A stretch of DNA of 64,000 nt from Chloroflexota bacterium (GTDB lineage Bacteria; Chloroflexota; Anaerolineae; J102). This document shows, piece after piece, positions 57,826 through 64,000 of the stretch (its first letter is position 1; each line of letters opens with the position of its first letter). The stretch covers positions 82,729 to 146,728 of the forward strand of contig JAKOVD010000079.1 in NCBI GenBank assembly GCA_029782215.1, read 5' to 3'. A model generated the notes under the pieces. It searched no databases. It saw nothing but the letters and a program-made list of their open reading frames with translations, and was not told the DNA's origin. Made by a program: the position numbers and the translations under genes.

Positions 57826-59238
57826 ATGCGCAGGCTCATTCTGTTAAGCTGTCTTCTGTTTGTTCCGCTCTTGTTTTTTGTTGCCCTGCAGCCGGTCAAG
57901 GCAGGGACGGGGGATGACCAATGCACCGAGCTGGTAGCCAATGGAGACATGGAGGGCAATACGGGTTGGGAGTTTCCAGCCACGGCCAATCGCGGAGATT
58001 ACAGCACTGCCCAATCCTTCAGCCCGACCCGCAGCGCCCGTCTTGGTCTCGTCGACGAAGACAACAATGTCACTGCCTTCTCTTCGATGCGCCAGCCCAT
58101 CACGGTGCCTGCGGGAGCGCAACTGGTCCTGAGCTGGCATGTCAATCCTCTGAGCCAACCCGAGGACGTCCAGGACCTGCAGATGGCGAACATCCTCGGC
58201 CCTGACAATACCGTGCAACAGAGGATTTGGAGCGAGCACCGCAATGACGCCCAGTGGCTGACTTGTGGCTTCGACGTCAGCGAGTTCCTGGGGCGCGACA
58301 TCGCCTTGTACTTTGGGGTGAAGAACAACGGCAGTGGTGGCCGCACGGGGATGTACGTAGACGATGTCAGCCTCAAGGTCTGCCAGACAAAGCAGATCAC
58401 GCCCGAAGGTTGTTTTGTCCCGACAACCACCTCCACCCCGACTCCCACGGATACGCCGGTCCCCACGGATACGCCGGTCCCCACGGACACGCCGACGGCG
58501 ACGGACACCCCGATTCCCACGGATACGCCGACAGCGACGGAAACGCCGACGCCCACAGACACCCCAGCGACCCCGGCCGTCACAGACACGCCGACGCCGA
58601 CTGTGACGGCCCCGGCTGCGACAGATACGCCGACCGTCACGCCAACCGAGACGGTTCCCACCGCGACCCCAACGCCAACCGCCACTCCCACGACGACATG
58701 CAGCCAGCTTATCACCAATCCGGAGTTCAACCAGGGAAGTGATGGCTACCAGGGTTGGACCCACAACCTGGTGTTGACGGCGAACTACATCGACACCCAG
58801 GGGATTGCCCTGCGCGGCGCCTGGTTTGGGGGCGCCGAGTTCGCCGATCACTACCTCTACCAGGACTTCACCGTGCCCGCCGATGCCCCGGTGACGACAC
58901 TCAACTACCGGTGGGCGGTGGCTCCTCCAGTGGGCGCAACCGAGGTCGCCGCTTCGGATGGGCTCACCGTCACGCTGCGCACACCCGGCAATGCCATTCT
59001 GGCCACCACGCAGGTCATCGGCCAGGGCAGTTCCATCCGGCGGTGGGGCGCGACCACAGCCGACCTGGGCGCCTACCGGGGCCAGACCCTGCGATTGATG
59101 GTGGAGGCCTTGACCGGCGCTTCGACCACCTCCTGGTATCTCGACCAGGTCACGGTCGACACGTGCGAGCGGCAGCCGTCCGTCTATTTCCCACTGGTGT
59201 GGCGAGGCAGCGCCGGCCCGTCTCGTCCGGCTCCCTAG
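57826..59238 (+). CDS. Secreted protein with two paralogous CBM4_9/galactose-binding-like domains joined by a Thr/Pro linker
   Basis: Signal peptide MRRLILLSCLLFVPLLFFVALQPVKAG. Domains start C-x-x-L-x-x-NG(D/P)(M/F)E...GW and end YVDDVSLKVC / YLDQVTVDTC. Linker TPTPTDTPVPTDTPVPTDTPTATDTP... is encoded by degenerate 18-bp repeats around 58436..58700. Confidence 0.7.
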   Translation: MRRLILLSCLLFVPLLFFVALQPVKAGTGDDQCTELVANGDMEGNTGWEFPATANRGDYSTAQSFSPTRSARLGLVDEDNNVTAFSSMRQPITVPAGAQLVLSWHVNPLSQPEDVQDLQMANILGPDNTVQQRIWSEHRNDAQWLTCGFDVSEFLGRDIALYFGVKNNGSGGRTGMYVDDVSLKVCQTKQITPEGCFVPTTTSTPTPTDTPVPTDTPVPTDTPTATDTPIPTDTPTATETPTPTDTPATPAVTDTPTPTVTAPAATDTPTVTPTETVPTATPTPTATPTTTCSQLITNPEFNQGSDGYQGWTHNLVLTANYIDTQGIALRGAWFGGAEFADHYLYQDFTVPADAPVTTLNYRWAVAPPVGATEVAASDGLTVTLRTPGNAILATTQVIGQGSSIRRWGATTADLGAYRGQTLRLMVEALTGASTTSWYLDQVTVDTCERQPSVYFPLVWRGSAGPSRPAP

Positions 59239-59254
59239 CCCCCCGATTCTGAAA

Positions 59255-59290
59255 GGGCGCCGCAGCTCGAATCAAGGAGCTGCGGCGCCC
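59255..59290. terminator. Bidirectional intrinsic-terminator-like hairpin between convergent genes
   Basis: GGGCGCCGCAGCTC-gaatcaag-GAGCTGCGGCGCCC, a perfect 14-bp stem. A TTT follows it on the minus strand. Confidence 0.7.
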
Positions 59291-59298
59291 TGATGCAG

Positions 59299-60549
59299 TT
59301 AGCCCAAGGAGGCGCCGCTGGGGACCTGACCGGGAGGATAGTCCTCAGCCCGCAGGTGGGGGGCCAGGATCACATTGCGTCCGACCACCATCCCGGCCGG
59401 GATGAAGGCGCGCTTGCCCACCACGGTGATGCCGGTGTTCAGAATGCCGGGCGACCCGGTGTTGGGGGTGTTGTCGCTGCCAAAGCCAACGACTGCTCCT
59501 TCACTGATGGTGACCTGCTTGTCGACGATAGCACGGTCGACCACAGCGCCTGCGGCCACGATTGTGTCGTTCATGATGATGCTGTCCCGTACTTCGGCGC
59601 CAGGCGCCACATAGACGCCCGGTCCCAGGACCGAACGCACCACCCGTCCCTCGATCAGCGCCCCGTCGCACAGCAGGTTGCCGCTTACCTCCGCTTCTGC
59701 TCCCAGCAGCACCGGTGGGCGTTGTTCAGATTGGGTATGGATCACCCATCGCGGATCCGAGAGGTCCAGCGCCGGGATATCGGCCAACAAGCCCATGTTG
59801 GCTTCGTAGTAGGCCGGGATTGTACCGATGTTGGCCCAGTAGCCCTCGAACTCGTAGGCGAAGACGCGCTTGTGTTTGACGAACCAGGGGACGGTCTCAC
59901 GTCCTAACTGCCGGTGCGAGAGCCCCGGCCCCATGAGAACGTCGTTCAGCACTTCGGAGTTGAAGACATAGATGCCCATGCTGGCCAGGATCGACCGCGT
60001 ACGTCTCGGTTTCTCCTCGAAGCGCGAGATGCGCCCATCGGCGTCTGCGGTGATCATGCCGAAGCGTTGGGTCTGGTGGGCGGGCACGGCCAGCACGCCG
60101 ACGGTGAGATCTGCCCGCCGCGAGCGGTGGAACTCGAGCATGGGCTGGTAGTTCATCTTGTAGATATGATTGCCAGCCAGGACCAGGACATGTTCGGCCC
60201 GGCTCTCGCGCACCACGTCCAGGTTGAAGCGGATGGCGTCGCTTGATCCCTGCTCCCAGGTGCCCCGGCCGTCAGCACTGGCCTGGTAGGGATGCAGCAG
60301 CCGCACGCCGCCATCGTCACGGTCGAGATCCCACGGTTTGCCCGCGCGAATATGCTCGTTGAGCGATCGCGGCATGTACTGAGTGAGCACCGCCACGTTG
60401 AAGATGCTGGAATTGACGCAGTTGGAAAGGGGGAAATCGATGACCCGGTATTTGCCGCCGAACGGAACAGCGGCATCAGAACGGTTGGCCGTCAATACGT
60501 GCAGGTCGGGGCCGGAGCCGCCTGCCAGGATCAGGGCGAGCGTGCTCAT
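59299..60549 (-). CDS. glgD: Glucose-1-phosphate adenylyltransferase-like, probable non-catalytic subunit (GlgD-like)
   Basis: 416 aa paralog of the upstream GlgC. The N-terminal motif is degenerate: [32 protein letters not shown] versus Glg[33 protein letters not shown]. Confidence 0.7.
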   Translation of the reverse strand: MSTLALILAGGSGPDLHVLTANRSDAAVPFGGKYRVIDFPLSNCVNSSIFNVAVLTQYMPRSLNEHIRAGKPWDLDRDDGGVRLLHPYQASADGRGTWEQGSSDAIRFNLDVVRESRAEHVLVLAGNHIYKMNYQPMLEFHRSRRADLTVGVLAVPAHQTQRFGMITADADGRISRFEEKPRRTRSILASMGIYVFNSEVLNDVLMGPGLSHRQLGRETVPWFVKHKRVFAYEFEGYWANIGTIPAYYEANMGLLADIPALDLSDPRWVIHTQSEQRPPVLLGAEAEVSGNLLCDGALIEGRVVRSVLGPGVYVAPGAEVRDSIIMNDTIVAAGAVVDRAIVDKQVTISEGAVVGFGSDNTPNTGSPGILNTGITVVGKRAFIPAGMVVGRNVILAPHLRAEDYPPGQVPSGASLG

Positions 60550-61946
60550 GCTGGCTCCTCCTTCGACTCCTCAGTGGCGCCGGCTTCAGGCGTTTCCTTG
60601 TTCGTTGCCTTGTGGGGTTTCTTGGCGTGTTGGGGTTCGGGCGCAGCGTCGTTCGTGGCTTCGGGCGGCAGCAGAACATGCCCCGGCTTCACCGTGGCGC
60701 CGCTGGGCACGGCGTTTCCCGCCAGGCCGGCGAACGCATCGTCGTCGACCTCTGAATGCACCAGCACATTGCGCCCAATGGTGATGTTGGGGGGGATGTA
60801 GGCGCCTTTGCCGACGACCGTGATGCCGGCGTCCAGCCAGTCGGGCCGCTCGTGATTGGGGCGCATGTCGTCACCGTATCCCAACTGCACACCCGGGCCG
60901 ACCACGACCGATTTGTCGACCACGGCGCGGTCGACCACGGCGCCCGGACCGATCCACGTGTCATTCATGACCACGGAATCGCGCACGATGGCGCCAGGCG
61001 AAACGAAGACGCCGGGCGAAAGCACCGAGTTCTCGACAAGGCCGTGGATCGTACAGCCGTTGCTCACCAGGGAGTGCACGATCTTGCCTTGGGAGCTGCA
61101 CTTGACCGGCGGTCGTTCCTGGCTACGGGTGCGGATCGGCCAATTCGTGTCCCAAAGGTTGAGGGGGCTTTGGGGATCGCACAGCTCCAGCGAGGTCTGC
61201 CAGTAGGCGTCCACCGTCCCCACGTCGACCCAGTAGCCTTCGAACTGGTAGGCGTAGACTTTGGCATCGCCGATCATGGTCGGGATGACGTGCTTGCCGA
61301 AATCGAGGTTGGGCTCGCGCTTGTGTCCTTCGTGCAGGTGTTCGATCAGCGTATCGACGTTGAAGACATAGATGCCCATGCTGGCGAGGGTGCCCTTGTC
61401 GCGCGACTTGGGCTTCTCGTGAAATTCCGCCACGCGGCCCGCCTTGTTGGTGGTCATGATTCCAAAGCGGTCGGTCTCATCCAGGGGCACATTCATCACT
61501 GCCACCGTCAGGTCGGCGCCCTTTTCCTCGTGAAAGGCGACCATCTGGCGGTAGTCCATCTTGTAGATGTGGTCACCGGAAAGTAGAACCACGCGATCGG
61601 CATCGTGGCCGAGCAGGTAGTCCAGGTTCTGGTAAACGGCATCAGCCGTGCCTTGATACCAGTCCTGCGAACCGCGCGCCTGGTAGGGCTGCAGCAATCG
61701 GACACCGCCGCGGAGCCGGTCGAGGTCCCAGGGCTTGCCGCTGCCGATATGCAGGTTCAGCGAGTGCGGCCGGTACTGGGTGAGAATGGCGACATCAAAG
61801 ATATGGGAGTTGACACAGTTTGACAGCGTGAAGTCAATGATGCGGTACTTGCCCGCAAAAGGCACCGACGGTTTGGCCCGATGTTCGGACAGAACCGTCA
61901 ACCGCGACCCCTCGCCTCCTGCCATGATCATGGCTGCTACCCGCAT
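60546..61946 (-). CDS. glgC: Glucose-1-phosphate adenylyltransferase
   Basis: 466 aa. [32 protein letters not shown], and left-handed beta-helix C-domain. About 45-aa Lys/Glu/Pro-rich tail. GGAGG SD. Confidence 0.92.
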   Translation of the reverse strand: MRVAAMIMAGGEGSRLTVLSEHRAKPSVPFAGKYRIIDFTLSNCVNSHIFDVAILTQYRPHSLNLHIGSGKPWDLDRLRGGVRLLQPYQARGSQDWYQGTADAVYQNLDYLLGHDADRVVLLSGDHIYKMDYRQMVAFHEEKGADLTVAVMNVPLDETDRFGIMTTNKAGRVAEFHEKPKSRDKGTLASMGIYVFNVDTLIEHLHEGHKREPNLDFGKHVIPTMIGDAKVYAYQFEGYWVDVGTVDAYWQTSLELCDPQSPLNLWDTNWPIRTRSQERPPVKCSSQGKIVHSLVSNGCTIHGLVENSVLSPGVFVSPGAIVRDSVVMNDTWIGPGAVVDRAVVDKSVVVGPGVQLGYGDDMRPNHERPDWLDAGITVVGKGAYIPPNITIGRNVLVHSEVDDDAFAGLAGNAVPSGATVKPGHVLLPPEATNDAAPEPQHAKKPHKATNKETPEAGATEESKEEPA

Positions 61947-62081
61947 AAGCCTACCTCCTGAGCACAGACGAAACCAGCGTCAAACACGGTCGAGATACCA
62001 TGCCGCGACACGCCTAGGTTAACAAAGAGCGGTGAAAGTGGCAAGCAGTGCCGCAACGCGGTTTGCTCATTTTGACAACGG

Positions 62082-62110
62082 TTGACAGCCTCTAGCCCCT
62101 GAAGTAAGAT
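62082..62110 (+). promoter_or_regulatory. Near-consensus sigma-70-type promoter upstream of the propeptide-like/S8 gene pair
   Basis: TTGACA (62082..62087), 17 nt, TAAGAT (62105..62110). A second TTGACA lies at 62072..62077. Confidence 0.5.
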
Positions 62111-62159
62111 GGAAGCCGTCCTCTGTGTGCGCTTTTGCTTTCGGGATGGTCTGTTTCTC

Positions 62160-62447
62160 ATGGTTCTCGACCCCACCACCAAGTTCAGCCGCGCTTTTCT
62201 GGAGGCGCTGCAGGCCGAGCCCGATGCCGATATCGCCGCCATCGTGCGCTGCGATCACCTGGAGCCGGCGCATGAGGTCGAGGCTGAGGCCGCCGGACTG
62301 GTGGTCAGGCGCCGCCTGCGCCTGGTGCAGGGCCTGGCGGTGCAGGGCCGCGCCGTCGATCTTCTCAGCCTGGCCAGCGCCACTTGGGTCGTGCGCATCG
62401 AACCGGATCAACCCGTACACAGCCTGTCGTCAGGAAGTCCCCTATGA
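62160..62447 (+). CDS. Stand-alone subtilase-propeptide-like (inhibitor I9-like) small protein
   Basis: 95 aa from ATG 62160. It aligns by eye with the N-terminal pro-region of the downstream S8 protease (LEA..P...I..IVR ... RL ... A..G ... LA ... V.RI..D.PVH). ATGA overlap with the S8 start 62444. Confidence 0.55.
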   Translation: MVLDPTTKFSRAFLEALQAEPDADIAAIVRCDHLEPAHEVEAEAAGLVVRRRLRLVQGLAVQGRAVDLLSLASATWVVRIEPDQPVHSLSSGSPL

Positions 62448-63742
62448 GCCTTGCCAAGATCCATCCCGATCTGCGCCGCACCCTGCTGGAAGCTGACCCC
62501 AACCAGGTCATCCCCGTGATCGTGCGCTACCGCCGTGAACATGAGGCGGTGAGCGGTGAGACGATATCGGCGATGGCCTTCACGCCGCGTCTGACCTACC
62601 GCACGATTCCGGCGGCGGCGACCGAGGGCACGCGGGCGGATATTCTGGCCATGGCCGATCACCCCGCCGTGGAACGCATCTGGGAAGACCTGCCCGTCCA
62701 CACGATGCTCGACAAGTCGGCGCCGTTGATTGGCGCTCCGCGCGTGTGGAGCAGCGGCGATGAAGGGGGGGGCGTCAAGGTTGGCATTGTGGATACGGGC
62801 TGCGATCTGAACCACGCCGATTTGAAGGACCGCATCCGCGCCACCAAGGACTTCACGGGCAAGGGCAGCGCCCAAGACGGCAACGGCCACGGCACACACG
62901 TGGCCGGCATCATAGCCGGTTCGGGTGGGCTGAGCGGAGGGACTTACCGCGGCATCGCGCCTGGTTCGGATCTCTACATCGCCAAGGTGCTTGACGACAA
63001 GGGCAACGGCCTGACGAGCAATGTGATCGCCGGGCTGGAATGGGTGGTGGACCAGGGCGTCGCCGTTGCCAACCTGAGCCTGGGCAGCAACGGTTCCTGT
63101 GACGGCACCGATGCCCTGTCCGAGGCCTGTGACGCTGCCGTGGCGGAAGGTGTCGCGGTCATTGTCGCCGCCGGTAATGCCGGTCCCGATGCGCATACCG
63201 TGGGTTCGCCGGGGTGTGCTCGTGACGTGATCACCATCGGCGCCAGCACTGACGACGAAACCATCGCCAGTTTTTCCTCGCGTGGGCCAACCGAAGATGG
63301 CCGGGTCAAGCCGGATATTGTCTTCCCCGGCTACAACATCATCTCGGCGCGGGCGGCGGGCACCACACTGGGGCGCGTCGTGGATGCCAACTACATCGAG
63401 CTGTCGGGAACGAGCATGGCTACGCCTCACGCCAGCGGTGCGGCAGCCCTGCTCCTGGCGGCCAATGCCAGCCTGACCCCGGCCCAGCTCAAAGAGCGCC
63501 TGATGGCGACGGCCGTGGATTTGGGTTTCGAGGCCAACAGCCAGGGCACCGGACGGGGAGACGTCTATGCGGCCTGGCAGTCCGTCCATACGCCGCCGGG
63601 GGATGGCACACCCACGCCGACCCCCACGCCGACCCCAGAGCCGCCAGGGGATGGCACGCCCACGCCCACGCCGACCCCCAAGCCGCCGCAGGTGCCGGGC
63701 GGCTGTGTGCTCACGCTGCTGCTGGCGTTTCGCCTCTACTGA
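62444..63742 (+). CDS. Subtilisin-like serine protease (peptidase S8)
   Basis: Start at ATG 62444 (MSLAKIHPDL...). Catalytic triad motifs VGIVDTGCD, HGTHVAGII and GTSMATPHASG. C-terminal PPGDGTPTPTPTP x2 repeat (63593..63682) and hydrophobic tail GGCVLTLLLAFRLY. Confidence 0.92.
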   Translation: MSLAKIHPDLRRTLLEADPNQVIPVIVRYRREHEAVSGETISAMAFTPRLTYRTIPAAATEGTRADILAMADHPAVERIWEDLPVHTMLDKSAPLIGAPRVWSSGDEGGGVKVGIVDTGCDLNHADLKDRIRATKDFTGKGSAQDGNGHGTHVAGIIAGSGGLSGGTYRGIAPGSDLYIAKVLDDKGNGLTSNVIAGLEWVVDQGVAVANLSLGSNGSCDGTDALSEACDAAVAEGVAVIVAAGNAGPDAHTVGSPGCARDVITIGASTDDETIASFSSRGPTEDGRVKPDIVFPGYNIISARAAGTTLGRVVDANYIELSGTSMATPHASGAAALLLAANASLTPAQLKERLMATAVDLGFEANSQGTGRGDVYAAWQSVHTPPGDGTPTPTPTPTPEPPGDGTPTPTPTPKPPQVPGGCVLTLLLAFRLY

Positions 63743-63761
63743 CCCCTACCTGGACGCCCGG

Positions 63762-64000
63762 TTCAGCCTGTGTCCCGCGAGTTCATCTCGCCGTTCACCT
63801 CGCCGATCAGGGTCTCGGCGTCCCGCAGGAGCGCTTCGGTCTGGGCGGCAGGGACATTCGAGACCTGGAAATAGCGCTTCAGAAGCTCCAGCGGCGTCAG
63901 CGATTCCACGTTGACGTCGCCCAGGCGCACGCGTGCCACCCAGTCGACGTCCTTGATGATGGCGGCAACGTCGTAGGCCTCGGCCAGGGCCGCCCGCAGG
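63762..64000 (-). CDS. Hypothetical protein, C-terminal fragment (5' part outside window)
   Basis: Codon-by-codon reverse translation to TGA (63762..63764) gives ...IIKDVDWVARVRLGDVNVESLTPLELLKRYFQVSNVPAAQTEALLRDAETLIGEVNGEMNSRDTG, which has protein-like composition. No family recognised. Confidence 0.5.

Noticed and set aside
63960-64000. Possible 1-nt indel in GGG 63960..63962. Upstream of it, the more protein-like minus-strand frame (LRAALAEAYDVAA) differs from the frame that reaches the stop codon.
   Set aside because: Only about 13 codons of evidence at the very edge of the window. This cannot be distinguished from chance.

Overview
High-GC bacterial chromosomal window (roughly 65-70% GC by eye). 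Its gene content includes SpoVS, F420 genes with a stand-alone FbiB-C-like nitroreductase, DUF2723, Ycf48-like BNR proteins and characteristic short hairpin repeats. By inference only, this suggests a Chloroflexota-like organism. Most of the window is tightly packed housekeeping and metabolic genes: dinG, hutH, ade, lon, ppc, an ABC exporter pair, a glgC/glgD pair, cofC/cofD, Amt-like, UbiD and an S8 protease.

Two lower-GC accessory islets stand out:
- (i) 18.0-23.5 kb holds an IS630 element with TA duplication, a higA gene with a 5'-truncated higB, an IS5-family element, and a frameshifted, 3'-truncated BNR/CBM9-like gene.
- (ii) 39.4-42.2 kb holds two copies of an RHS/YD-repeat core fragment bracketing a double-CxxCG gene, a small TM protein and a cluster of hairpin repeats.

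The observations I rate highest are:
- a PAPS-type sulfotransferase translationally coupled between cofD and cofC in an F420 operon;
- an adjacent RibD_C reductase split by one in-frame TAG;
- the RHS-fragment/double-CxxCG cassette;
- palindromic REP-like repeats carried in-frame inside two coding regions (GT9 and PQQ-dehydrogenase);
- an orphan HyuB coupled to a sulfatase and an LLM oxidoreductase;
- an AT-rich 11-7-11 palindrome at the Rrf2 regulator promoter.

I saw no rRNA, tRNA or CRISPR array. All calls come from reading the ORF track and sequence by eye, with no searches run. Family names are recognitions from motifs, and coordinates of small motifs were counted by hand.
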